Positions 34,722 through 45,824 of a stretch of DNA of 64,000 nt are shown here, in pieces (the first letter of the stretch is position 1; every line of letters starts with the position of its first letter). Location of the stretch: positions 1 through 64,000 of the forward strand of contig KV454016.1 in the NCBI GenBank assembly GCA_001661245.1, in the 5' to 3' direction. This DNA comes from Pachysolen tannophilus NRRL Y-2460. Taxonomy: Eukaryota. A program made the position numbers and the translations under genes. The notes under the pieces are model-generated. The model was not told where the DNA came from. It worked only from the letters and a program-made list of their open reading frames with translations, and searched no databases.

Positions 34722-35191
34722 TTCTAAAACTAACCCTTACCCAAAAAAAAAAAAATTATCTTCCTTTTATATATAGATCAATAAGAACCTTTTCTTGGAA
34801 GGTTTTTTTTATTTTATTTTTCGTTAAAAAGATGAAAAAAAAAAAAAAAAAATGGGAAATAAATGGTCGTGTTCGCAAATAACAAATCACCGAAAACGGA
34901 ATGCTAAGTAAATAAAAACATCAACAAGAACAAGAAGAATTATAATATTAATTATGAGTTTGTATGTGTATATGGTAGTTTAAATATTGGTTATAAGGTT
35001 AAGGAAAGCTGGTTTGGATTGATTTTTCTCTGATTGTGGTATTGAGGGTTTTTTTGAGTGAAGAAGGTTTGTAAAAGGTACGGTTTTTTTTGTTTTTTAA
35101 TTTTTTTAATTTTTGATTGTGATAGATCACAATTTTCTTTTCTTTTTTTTTTTATTTTTTAGGTTCTGGTTTTTAGTTTCTCTTTCAAAGG

Positions 35192-36121
35192 ATGTCACAA
35201 GAAGATCGAGAAGTTCAATCTGCGTCGTTTATTGCCACGTCTCCGTATGGAGGGCGTCCTCTAAGTTCAGGTTTAGGCCATTCGAATGTGACGAGAAGGT
35301 TTATTGATGGGTACTATAATATTGCATTGGGTGTGAATGCGTCAACACCTGCTGTAGTATCTAACTCTGATGATACTAATTGGAATATCAAGAGCGGGAA
35401 AGAACAAGATGAGAATAAGCAAAAGGAAAAGCAGCAACAGCAGCAGCAACAGCAGCAATGGCAGAAATTGACATCAGCAGACTCATCAACGATATTATCT
35501 TCTAGATCATCATCATTAATATTTAACGAGAATGTTCTGGGTAAAAATTCCGATCCAACAGCAATAACTCTGGTGAGTAATAATACCGAGTTTGTTGATC
35601 ATGATGATTTAGTGGAATATGATTTAGATATTAATAATAATGTTTTCAATAATAATTATAATATATCTTTAAATGAATTTACAATTCATCTTGGAAATTT
35701 GAATAATATTAAATTGAATTTAAAAAATTTACTGCAACAACAAGATAAATTAGATACTCAATTAACTGAAATGATTAGTTATTGTACCGAATTAATTTCT
35801 CATGATGATGAAATAGATGATAAATCGGTATCATCTAAAGATTCTTTTAGAAATTCTTATGAAGATGGTGATTTATCAGATTCTATAGATTCGATAAATT
35901 CTCAATTAGAAGTTGATTTGAATTATCAAATTTCCAATCTGATTAAGAAAAATTCAAGTAATGATGAATTAGTTGAAAGAATTTATTTAATTAAAAAAAT
36001 AGTTGATGGTGGATTAAATTTATTAAATGATCCAGATTTAAAAGAATTTGAAATTCATCATATGGATGAAATTTTTATTAAAAATTTAACTTTATTAGTA
36101 GATGTTTTTACAAATGTATAA
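35192..36121 (+). CDS. Hypothetical protein, Q/N/D-rich with predicted coiled coil
   Basis: 309-aa ATG ORF with host-like AT-rich codon usage; no recognised domain. Confidence 0.6.
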   Translation: MSQEDREVQSASFIATSPYGGRPLSSGLGHSNVTRRFIDGYYNIALGVNASTPAVVSNSDDTNWNIKSGKEQDENKQKEKQQQQQQQQQWQKLTSADSSTILSSRSSSLIFNENVLGKNSDPTAITLVSNNTEFVDHDDLVEYDLDINNNVFNNNYNISLNEFTIHLGNLNNIKLNLKNLLQQQDKLDTQLTEMISYCTELISHDDEIDDKSVSSKDSFRNSYEDGDLSDSIDSINSQLEVDLNYQISNLIKKNSSNDELVERIYLIKKIVDGGLNLLNDPDLKEFEIHHMDEIFIKNLTLLVDVFTNV

Positions 36122-36191
36122 AATTGTAAAATAATAAAATTTTTTTTTTTTTTTTGTAATAAGCTATATACAATTTTTTTTTGCTTTTGAA

Positions 36192-36712
36192 TCATACAAC
36201 TTTTGGAGCTAATGAAACAATTTTATTAAAACTTTTTCTTTCAACTCTTTTGCTACAACACTTGAAATTCTTGTTCCTATTGGTTCATCATTTTTATTAA
36301 TTAAAACACATGCATTATCATCAAATTTAATTACTGTTCCATCAGATCTTGTTAATTCTTTTTTAGTTCTTACAACAACTGCTCTACAAATATCACCTCT
36401 TTTAACTCTATTTGCAGCAGAAGCACCTGTTATCAGAGAAGAAATTGGTCTTGCTTTTTGTACAACAACAACAACTTTATCACCTATTGAAGCAAAATTT
36501 TTTGGATTTTTTCTTAAAACTTTAATACACTCAACCAATTGTGCACCCTTAAACGAAAAAAAAAAGTAAAAAAAAAAAAAAAAAATTTTAAGTTAGTACC
36601 AACTATACCGCCAAATAAAAAAAAAAAAAGAAAAGTTATACATTCATCAAATCATTTTTAAAACACTTACTGAGTTATCAATCACTTTAATCATAGATTT
36701 TAAATAAATCAT
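36192..36712 (-). CDS. MRPL38: Mitochondrial ribosomal protein uL14m; intron 36670-36548; apparent 1-nt deletion near 36232
   Basis: MIYLKSMIKVIDNS|GAQLVECIKV...FDDNACVL; conserved end FNKIVSLAPKVV* lies in the adjacent frame. Confidence 0.92.
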
Positions 36713-36842
36713 CTTTGTATAAAATTTAATAGTATATTTTATAGTAAGATATATATATACTCTTTATATTAACAATTTATGTTTTTTATGAACAAGTTAA
36801 TAGTGAAAGAAAGAAAAAAATAAAAAACATTTTGTTTAATAT

Positions 36843-36996
36843 GCACTACTGTAACTATCTACACGACTATATTTATTTGCACTACTGTACAAATTTACAC
36901 GACTGTAACTATCTGCACGACTGTACTTATTTGCACTACCATGACTTTTTACACTACCGTATATATTTACACGACTGTAAATATTTACACTACCGT
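36843..36996 (+). repeat. 18-bp phased minisatellite, 8.5 units, core RCAC(G/T)AC(T/C)GT
   Basis: Units start at 36843, 36861, 36879, 36897, 36915, 36933, 36951, 36969, 36987. Confidence 0.9.
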
Positions 36997-37546
36997 TTTT
37001 TGAAAATTTACTCTTTTGAAACATTTTGTGCTTTTCTGCACGACTTTTTTTTTTTTTTGTTTTCAATTTTTTTTACGCCTTGTTTTGGAAAAATTGATTT
37101 TTTCTTTAAAAGTCCTTTTCAATTAGTATTATTGAAAACTAAAACAAATACTAAAATAATATCATATATCATATATATATTAAATATCTTTTATTTTTTT
37201 TTTTTTTTTTTTTGTTGTTTTGTTGATATCTTTTTCCAGGTATTAGAAAAGGCTATAAAGGGGCAGTGGTATTATAATCTATCCCCTTCGTTATTATTAT
37301 TATAATTATTATAATTTTTTTTTTTCTCCCTTTAGCTTTTTTTTATAAAAATAGAAATCAGGTACATAAGGTACCCCTTGTTAATAGACAACAACAACAA
37401 AAATTGAAAATTTGAAAAGTTTTCTGAAAGTTATTTTGACGACATAAATAAAAACATCATTAAAAGAATTTTTAAAGAAAAAATAAAGATAATTTGATAA
37501 CTTGATAATTTTTTTTTTTCTTTTTTTTTTTTTTGTTTGAAGAAAC

Positions 37547-38392
37547 ATGCTTTTACCAAAAATTATACCACTCGCGTTAATATTATTTATTTCCATTGTA
37601 TGTGGTGATGTTTCCATTTCCTCGCCCACTTCGGGTCAGACGTACACGGTTTCGGACGGTACAGTAAGTGTTGAGGTGGAGTGGATTGATTCAGGAGCTG
37701 ATCCTTCTTTATCTGATGTTGAATCTTATACTTTTACCTTATGTACAGGTTCAAATACTGATATTGATCCTATTAGTACTTTGGATACAGTTTCTGCTTC
37801 TTCTTTAAGTAGTTATGCTTATAATGCTAGTATTGATGCTAGTGCAGGTGCAAGTGGAGAATATTTCATTCAAGTTTATGCTGCTTATTCAGATGGTTAT
37901 ACAATTCATTATACAGATAGATTTACTTTAGATGATATGACAGGTTCAAAAGAACCTTCTGGAAGTGGTGATTCACCAGATGCACAAACAAGTATTTCTG
38001 ATACAACAACAACTGATACAAGTGCAGTTGATACTTCAGCTTCATTTTCAATTACTTATACTTTACAAACAGGTAGAACAAGATATGCACCAATGCAACA
38101 ACAACCAGGTACAACAATCACCGCAACAACATGGTCAAGAAGATTCCCAACAAGTGCCGTCACTTACTACACAACTTTGGAACCATCACCAAACGTATGG
38201 TCAACTATTACCCCAGGATGGAGTTATACAATGAGTTCTTTGGTTAATTATGCAACTCCTGCTTTAGATCCAAGTGAAAATGGTGGTTGGTACGCAGCTA
38301 GTGAAAAATTGAAAAGTGCTAGTTACTCATCAATCTCAGGAGCTACAATTACAGAAACTGCTAAAAAGAGAAAAAGATGGGATGTTGATTGA
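37547..38392 (+). CDS. KRE9: Cell wall beta-1,6-glucan synthesis protein Kre9/Knh1
   Basis: Signal peptide; S/T-rich; YTLQTGRTRYAPMQQQPGT..WSRRFPTSAV..TPGWSY; basic C-terminus. Confidence 0.93.
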   Translation: MLLPKIIPLALILFISIVCGDVSISSPTSGQTYTVSDGTVSVEVEWIDSGADPSLSDVESYTFTLCTGSNTDIDPISTLDTVSASSLSSYAYNASIDASAGASGEYFIQVYAAYSDGYTIHYTDRFTLDDMTGSKEPSGSGDSPDAQTSISDTTTTDTSAVDTSASFSITYTLQTGRTRYAPMQQQPGTTITATTWSRRFPTSAVTYYTTLEPSPNVWSTITPGWSYTMSSLVNYATPALDPSENGGWYAASEKLKSASYSSISGATITETAKKRKRWDVD

Positions 38393-39053
38393 ATCATTTT
38401 ATAACAACTTGAACAAAACCAACTTTTTTTTTTTTTTTTTTTTTATTTTTATTTTTATTTTATTACTCTTTTTCTTTTTTTTTTTTCTTTGCCTTTTCCC
38501 TCTTCATTTTTTATCCCTTTCTATCTCTTTCTATCTCTCTCTCTTTTATTTTTTTCAGTTCATTTACAAATAGAACTAATAATAAAACAAATTTCCTTTG
38601 CAAAAAAAAAAAAAAAAAAAAAAAAGCAAAAAAAAAAAAAAATTTCATTCGTTTTTTTCATTTATGCTTTGAATTGATATTCATTTCATAATTTTGATTT
38701 TATTTGGTTTCCCTCATTTCATCATCTTTTCTTTTGCTCTTGGTAAGTTTTCATATTTATCTTCCATTTTGTACTTCTAGCATTTATCTTTCTTAGTTTT
38801 TTTTTTTTTTATACGTATCTTTTTTTTTATTAAGTGAATTCTATTTTAAATTTCAAATACCTAATAATTTTTAAATGTAAAAAGACTATCTACTGATGAA
38901 CAAACAATATCATTAACAAAAAAGATTTAAAAATCAAAAAAAAAAACGTTGTTATATAAAGTATAAGAAATTTCAAAGCAAACAAAAAAATAAAAAAAAG
39001 AAAAAAGAAAAAAAAGAAAACTAGATTATAAATTGAAAAATTGAATTCAATAA

Positions 39054-40772
39054 TTAATCTTTCTTTGAAGTTTGTAATGGTGCCTTAACATAAGTATGAA
39101 CTGGAACAAATTTGGGCCAATTCACGTAATAATAATTGTTTTTAAATACAAAATTTAAAGAACCAAGAAATACTCCAAATAAGAAAACGTGAAATAGTAA
39201 ATAATTTTTACTCTTTCTAAAAAGAAGAGAAAATATTAAAACCCCTAATGATGACCACATAATAGTAGGAACATATTGAATTAAAATTGAACGTTTATCC
39301 ATATTGAATGGATTAAAATTATTATCTAAAGGTTTAAAATTTCCTAAAAATAAATCAATTCCATCTTGTCTTAAACCATCAAAATAATTATTTCTTAAAT
39401 ATCTTACTAAAGAATTTTGTAAATCATTTAAAGCACCCAATTTTGTTCTACGACCTAATCTTGTAAAATCAGTTTTTAAAGCACCTGTTCCACTATACGC
39501 TTTTGAAACATAATCTGCATTATCAGCCCAAATATTTTGAAATTGAAATTTAAAATTATCATCAATAGCATTAATTCCAAGTTTACCAAATTGATTATTT
39601 AAAACCCATAATCCAAGAGTTGATTGAACAACATTTGTTCTATCAAGACAATCCATACAATTAGTTCTAACAACTGCATCTTGTGAATTTAAAATTTTCC
39701 CAGAACTTGATTGAAAATAATTATTATTTGAATAACCAAGTAATACTAATTGATCTATTAAAAGTTGAACTCTATACCATTTCATATTACGACATTCATG
39801 ATGGAAATCAAAATAAACATATTTTATATCATCTGGTCTAGCTAATAATTGAACAGCTCTTTCATAACTATCTTTAACAGGTTTTTCATAACCTTTTTGA
39901 TTAACTAAATTGACTAAATAATTTTTCCCATAAAGTTTTACTTGTTCATCAAAATGTTTTGCAGTTGATTGTATTGAATTTGTTTCATTAACAATCAATT
40001 TTGGTTTATAACGTAAATTATTAATTTCTGCCCAATAAGTGGGAACAGATCCTCTTGTTTGTAAATAACTAAAAATATTCCCACCAGATTCATTAGAAAT
40101 TAAAATTTGTTCAGTTTCATTAAAATTAGCTGCATTACCATTTTCATCAATTCCTCTACGGAAATATCTTGTACCAGCTCTATATTTTGAACGTCTAGTT
40201 ATTAAACCAAATGAAAATTTATGTGATAATATAGATGTTTGAACAATTTTAACATAACCATATATTAAAGGTGTAATAAATTCAGGAAAATTAAATAATT
40301 CTTCTGAAAGATATTCATTCCACCAAAATCTTTTATCAAGTTTATTTAATTCAACTTTATCATTTGAAATATTTAAAAAATTTTTAGATTGTCTTTGTAA
40401 TGAATTTGTTAAATCATAATTTTTACTATAAAAAAATGTACCATTAGTTAAATGTTGATTTAATAAACTTAAATAATTTTTATCTTCTTCATTATTAGTT
40501 AAAACACCAATTGGTAAAATTGAAAATTTAGTAACTTGATATATTATATTCGAGTTAATATTCCCAGCTACTGATGATTCATCAATAGTAATCAAATATT
40601 TCGTATATTTTAAAGTAATAGTCCCAATAATACCATCAATTCTAGTAAAACTAGATTGTAATCCAAATTTCTCAGAATCAACTTCTCTCGTCAACGTTGA
40701 ATTGATTAAAATAGATTTCCCACCTTGATTCACCAAGTACCCATCACTCAACCTAGCAATTAAAATAGACAT
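39054..40772 (-). CDS. SAC1: Phosphoinositide phosphatase Sac1
   Basis: RAGTRYFRRGID, RTNCMDCLDRTN catalytic motif, two C-terminal TMs. Confidence 0.96.
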   Translation of the reverse strand: MSILIARLSDGYLVNQGGKSILINSTLTREVDSEKFGLQSSFTRIDGIIGTITLKYTKYLITIDESSVAGNINSNIIYQVTKFSILPIGVLTNNEEDKNYLSLLNQHLTNGTFFYSKNYDLTNSLQRQSKNFLNISNDKVELNKLDKRFWWNEYLSEELFNFPEFITPLIYGYVKIVQTSILSHKFSFGLITRRSKYRAGTRYFRRGIDENGNAANFNETEQILISNESGGNIFSYLQTRGSVPTYWAEINNLRYKPKLIVNETNSIQSTAKHFDEQVKLYGKNYLVNLVNQKGYEKPVKDSYERAVQLLARPDDIKYVYFDFHHECRNMKWYRVQLLIDQLVLLGYSNNNYFQSSSGKILNSQDAVVRTNCMDCLDRTNVVQSTLGLWVLNNQFGKLGINAIDDNFKFQFQNIWADNADYVSKAYSGTGALKTDFTRLGRRTKLGALNDLQNSLVRYLRNNYFDGLRQDGIDLFLGNFKPLDNNFNPFNMDKRSILIQYVPTIMWSSLGVLIFSLLFRKSKNYLLFHVFLFGVFLGSLNFVFKNNYYYVNWPKFVPVHTYVKAPLQTSKKD

Positions 40773-41012
40773 CTCCACTTCCTAAAACTTCTAAATATCA
40801 CTTATCTTAAAAATAATCTATTTTCAACTAATATTCAATTTTGAAATTATAATTTACTTTTTATATTTATATTTTCTTTTGCTCTTTTGGTGATATATAT
40901 TTTATACCAATTTTTTTTTTCACCAAAAACCTGTTTTACAATAGTAATTTCTTTAAATATTATTTAATTACGAAATATTATTGGGTAAAGAGCTTTCTTT
41001 TTTTCATTGGGA

Positions 41013-43112
41013 ATGGATCAATTCGTGTTATCTGCTACTTTAAAGGGCCATGAACAAGATGTGAGGTCGATTAAACCGGTTTCGGATGATATGCTTGTAA
41101 GTTGCTCTAGAGATTCTACTGTTAGGGTTTGGAATAAGTTACAAAATGGAGATAATATTAATCAATGGGATGGGTCAGTTATAAATTATCAATCGGCGAC
41201 TCATAAATTTATTAATTCATTAACTTGTTTTGTTAAGGATAAAGAGAATTTTATTGCAAGTGGAGGGAATGAAAAATTGATTAATGTAACTTCATTATTT
41301 GGTACTTCTAGTATAGATCCAAAATATGTTCTTATTGGACATACAAATAATGTTTGTTCTTTGGATTCAATTGATGAAGGATTGATAATTAGTGGGTCTT
41401 GGGATCTGACTGCAAAAGTTTGGGATGATTTTAAGTTGAAATATGATTTAATTGGTCATGAAAATTCTGTATGGGATGTGAAAATAATTGGAACTGATTT
41501 ATTTTTAACATGTTCTGCTGATAAGACAATAAAATTATGGAATCAAGATAAAGTTGTTAAAACTTATAAGAGTCATACAGATGTTGTTAGAAGCTTGTTG
41601 GTATTGCCCGATGGTGAAACTTTTGCAAGTTGCTCAAATGATGGTACCATAAAGATTTGGAATATTTCATCGGGTGAATGTCTTCAAACTTATAATGGTC
41701 ATGAAAGCTTTGTTTATTGTTTAGGTATATTGAGTAATGGTGATTTGGTCAGTAGTGGAGAAGATAGAAGTGTTAGGATCTGGAGAAATGGGAAATGTAT
41801 CCAAGTAATTAGATTTGCATGTATTTCTATTTGGACTGTTGCTGTACAAAATAATGATGATATTCTGGTTGGTGGAAGTGATGGATTAATTAGAATTTTC
41901 ACCAAATCAAAAATTAGAGCAGCTTCCGAAAAAGATCAAGAATTTTTTTTAAAAGAAGTTGAAAATTCTTCAATTAATGAAAAATCAATGGATGGTTTAA
42001 ACAAAGAAAAAATACCTGGTAAAGAAGCACTAGAAAATAGTGGAGAAGAAGGTAAAACAATTATGATTAAATTACCTACAGGTCTTGTTGAAGCATATCA
42101 ATGGTCAGGAGGTAAATGGATCAAGATAGGAGACGTTGTTGGAGCTTCAGGTAATGATAAAAAACAAGAGTATAACGGTAAAAATTGGGATTATGTCTTT
42201 GATGTTGACGTCAAAGAAGGTGAACCACCATTAAAGTTAGCATTCAATGCTAATGAAAATCCTTATGTTGTTGCTGCAAATTTTTTGGAAAAAAATGATC
42301 TCCCACAATCATATACAGAAGAAGTTGTCAGATTTATCATGAACAATACTCAAGGTGTTACACTTGGAGAATCTGCAGCTGCTAATCCTTATGCAGATAG
42401 AAATCCAGTGGAATCTATTAAATTAAACGTTATTCCTCAAACATCAAAACTTTCATTTGAAAAATTAATTGATTTTAAAAATATTGAAAAAATTAATTCT
42501 ACAGAACCCAAAAAATATACTGAAGAACAATTAAATGGATTAAAAGAATCTTTAAATACTAAAAATTATGAAAATCTTTTCAAAATGTGGGAATTTATGT
42601 TTCAAAATTATAACAATAAAATTATTGTTTATGATTTTTTAAGAGCTTTAGCAAATTCTATACCACAGTATAAATTAAAGACAGAAATTTTACCATTTTT
42701 AGGAGATGGTTTAAAATCTGAAAATCTTAACATTCAAAATTTAGCATTGAAAGTTATGACTAATATTCTGAAATATATTCCACCTAATCAATTGGCAACA
42801 TTATTCCCTCTATTGCGTACTTTAAAGTTTGATAATTCAAAAATTCTGTTAACTTTAGCCACATTATTATATAACTTATCAATTGGTAGTTATAATGATG
42901 AACATAGTTCTATCTTTTTAGAACTTTTAACTAAATTAATTGACTCTAGCAAAGGTTCTTTGGATAGTGAAGTTGGTTATAGATCATTAATTGCTATTGG
43001 AAATTTAGCTTACTATGGAAATCTTGCTTCTAAAAAATATTTAAAAGATAAAACATTTGTTTGGAATACAAACAGATTTACAACTTTATATAACGATTTT
43101 GAGAGAATTTAA
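41013..43112 (+). CDS. DOA1: WD40-PFU-PUL ubiquitin/Cdc48 adaptor Doa1/Ufd3
   Basis: LSATLKGHEQDVR, WD40 repeats, PFU motif DYVFDVDVKEGEPPLKL. Confidence 0.95.
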   Translation: MDQFVLSATLKGHEQDVRSIKPVSDDMLVSCSRDSTVRVWNKLQNGDNINQWDGSVINYQSATHKFINSLTCFVKDKENFIASGGNEKLINVTSLFGTSSIDPKYVLIGHTNNVCSLDSIDEGLIISGSWDLTAKVWDDFKLKYDLIGHENSVWDVKIIGTDLFLTCSADKTIKLWNQDKVVKTYKSHTDVVRSLLVLPDGETFASCSNDGTIKIWNISSGECLQTYNGHESFVYCLGILSNGDLVSSGEDRSVRIWRNGKCIQVIRFACISIWTVAVQNNDDILVGGSDGLIRIFTKSKIRAASEKDQEFFLKEVENSSINEKSMDGLNKEKIPGKEALENSGEEGKTIMIKLPTGLVEAYQWSGGKWIKIGDVVGASGNDKKQEYNGKNWDYVFDVDVKEGEPPLKLAFNANENPYVVAANFLEKNDLPQSYTEEVVRFIMNNTQGVTLGESAAANPYADRNPVESIKLNVIPQTSKLSFEKLIDFKNIEKINSTEPKKYTEEQLNGLKESLNTKNYENLFKMWEFMFQNYNNKIIVYDFLRALANSIPQYKLKTEILPFLGDGLKSENLNIQNLALKVMTNILKYIPPNQLATLFPLLRTLKFDNSKILLTLATLLYNLSIGSYNDEHSSIFLELLTKLIDSSKGSLDSEVGYRSLIAIGNLAYYGNLASKKYLKDKTFVWNTNRFTTLYNDFERI

Positions 43113-43332
43113 AATTATAAAATCATCACAATTCATTACAAGTTAATGATTTAAAAGATTTTTCACATTGCTAGAGTACAAAAAGTCTATCTATTTATTT
43201 ATCAAATTTTTTATTCTTTTTTATTTTTTTTTAAAAAACTTCTATTGATATAAATAAATATTAAACAATATGAAACAGCTATATTTTCATCTTTTATTCT
43301 CTTTTTACCTAAACCAAAGTCATAAATTCTAG

Positions 43333-44360
43333 GATCAACAACAACAACAAGAACAAGATTCGCAGCAGGTTACAAGATTAACACTGAGAGTGACAAAGGG
43401 GAAATATAAGTTGTCTGATTTCCAGATCCTAAGAACTTTGGGCACTGGGTCGTTTGGAAGAGTACATTTGGTAAGGTCTGTTCATAATGGTAGGTTTTAT
43501 GCGATGAAGATGTTGAAAAAAAACAAGTTGTAAAGATGAAACAAGTGGAACATACAAAGGATGAAAGAAAGATATTGGCACTTGTGCAGCATCCTTTCAT
43601 TATTAAGATGTGGGGAACATTTCAAGACAGTCGTTCAGTATTTATGATTATGGATTTTATTGAAGGTGGTGAACTATTCACATTATTGAGGAAATCTAAA
43701 AGATTCCCAAACCCAGTTGCAAAATTTTATGCTGCTGAAGTTTGTCTTGCTTTAGAATACTTACATTCACATGGTATTGTTTATAGAGACTTGAAACCAG
43801 AAAATATTTTACTTGATAAAAATGGACATATTAAACTTACAGATTTTGGGTTTTCAAAAGAAGTCTCAAACATCACATACACATTATGTGGTACTCCAGA
43901 TTACATCGCACCAGAAGTTGTTGGCTCAAAGCCTTATAACAAATCTGTAGATTGGTGGTCATTTGGAATCTTGATATATGAAATGCTTGCAGGTCATACA
44001 CCTTTTTATAATTCATCACAAATTAAAACATATGAAAACATCTTGGAATGTGACTTGAAACTTCCAGATTTTTTCCAAGAAGATGTTAAAGATTTATTAA
44101 GAAGGTTAATCACTAGAGATATAACGTTAAGATTGGGAAATTTGTCAAATGGTTCTTTAGATATAAAAAGTCATATGTGGTTTCTGGAAGTAAATTGGGA
44201 TAATTTACTAAGAGGTTGTATAGAAAGTCCTTATGACCCACCCATACAAAGTGGTGTTGGTGATAGTAGTCAGTACGATACTTATCCAGAACTGAACGAT
44301 TTAGATTACGGAATCGTTGGAGAAGAAGACGAATATGCCTCTTTATTCGAAGAATTTTGA
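43333..44360 (+). CDS. TPK: cAMP-dependent protein kinase catalytic subunit (TPK family); frameshift at A8 run ~43516-43523; start codon unresolved
   Basis: [24 protein letters not shown] upstream in a different frame; [25 protein letters not shown]. Confidence 0.9.
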
Positions 44361-44457
44361 ATAAAGAAAGAAAGAAAGAAAGAAAAAAAAAAAAAAGAGA
44401 ATTGATTATATGTATATATATGTATAAAGGGAGTTTTTGTTACTTTTGCTTTTTGAA

Positions 44458-45060
44458 TTATTGCTTTGTACTTACAATATCACTGGATGCTTGCAGTGAC
44501 GACATTTGAGAAGGGTAAGAATTAGTACTGCTCGAAGGCAAAACCAACTTTGAATCATTATTATACTCATTCACCACAGAAATCGGTAATGGCACCTGCT
44601 GCACCTGTTGAGTTTGTTGCCCCTGTTGAGCTTGCTGGGCTTGTTGAACTTGCTGTGAATGTTGCCAATTATTTAGTTGTATGTTATTATGGCCTAGCAG
44701 ATGCTGCTGGCTATGATTTTCTATTTGAGAGCCATGATAAATGGCTGAGTGATGCATATAACTATTCCCACCACCACCAGTGCCATCACCATTCACCATA
44801 CTACCATTATTCATATGACTACCGTTATTCATATTCGACGAAGCAGACAATGTTGGCAGATTCAGATTCACAAACGCACCTTGAGTCCCACTTGATACTG
44901 AGGAAGTTGAAGATTCTGGAGTCAAATTCGAAAGAGTATGTTGCTGCTGTCGTTGCTGTTGATGTTGTTGCTGCTGCTGCTGTTGTTGTTGCTGTTGTAA
45001 CGGCAGTTGTGAGCCCAAAAACGGGTAGCCATACTTATTTGAATTCGGATAATTGTTCAT
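44458..45060 (-). CDS. Hypothetical Q/N/H-rich low-complexity protein
   Basis: 200-aa ATG ORF with polyQ and GC above flanks; no recognised domain. Confidence 0.5.
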   Translation of the reverse strand: MNNYPNSNKYGYPFLGSQLPLQQQQQQQQQQQHQQQRQQQHTLSNLTPESSTSSVSSGTQGAFVNLNLPTLSASSNMNNGSHMNNGSMVNGDGTGGGGNSYMHHSAIYHGSQIENHSQQHLLGHNNIQLNNWQHSQQVQQAQQAQQGQQTQQVQQVPLPISVVNEYNNDSKLVLPSSSTNSYPSQMSSLQASSDIVSTKQ

Positions 45061-45824
45061 GATCTAGTTCGCAAAAGACCACTTATTGCAATACCATCAG
45101 ACATGAAACGAAATATACATATAATACCGTATATACATACATATATATATATATATATACATACACATATATATATATATATATATATAAATTATATTTT
45201 TTAAAACCTTACTAACTAATTACCCACTTAGCTTTCTTTCTGATCCAATGTCGAAAGCTTCTTCTTAATATATTTTACAATCAACTCAAAGTTTCACAAG
45301 AAAGAAAAAAAAAGAAAAGAAAATAAAAGAAATTGTATAGTAAACCGATGCTGTAAAAAAGTGAAAAAAAGTGAAAAAAAAAAAATGAAAAAAACTTTCA
45401 AAGAGGAGAGCAAAACTAGAAACAGTGTACAAGTTTTAATTGAAATTTGTGAATATCTGAAACATTTAAAGAATTAGGATTAAAGAAGCAATATCTATTT
45501 TATCTTTGCTAAGAAATTGTGTTTAAAGTTTTACAAATGGTTACAATAGAGAGTTAAGTATGAGTACTTAACTTTGATTTCTCCATTAAAAATATTGTTC
45601 CGGTAGGTTTTTCCGCCTATTGTTCTAGAATAGAAGGCCAACCTGGATTATTAGGTAATGATATACCATTAATACCTTAAAATCCATCTACCAGTTTCTA
45701 GTTTAAATTAGTTTTTTATTTTATTAAGATATATAGATTATATCATTTATGATTAAAGAAAATAATATATATATATGAAAGATTTAAATAGAGTTGAATA
45801 TTTTATTTTTTTAAGAAAAACAAT

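Noticed and set aside
34785..34804. AACCTT..AAGGTT dyad as a Zap1 zinc-responsive element
   Set aside because: Spacing does not match ACCTTNAAGGT
36843..36996. CRISPR-like repeat-spacer appearance of the 18-bp array
   Set aside because: Eukaryotic context, period far too short, spacers related to each other, no cas genes
45120..45190. (AT)n and other microsatellites (also ~14215, ~21625, (TCA)n ~49335)
   Set aside because: Ordinary for an AT-rich yeast genome
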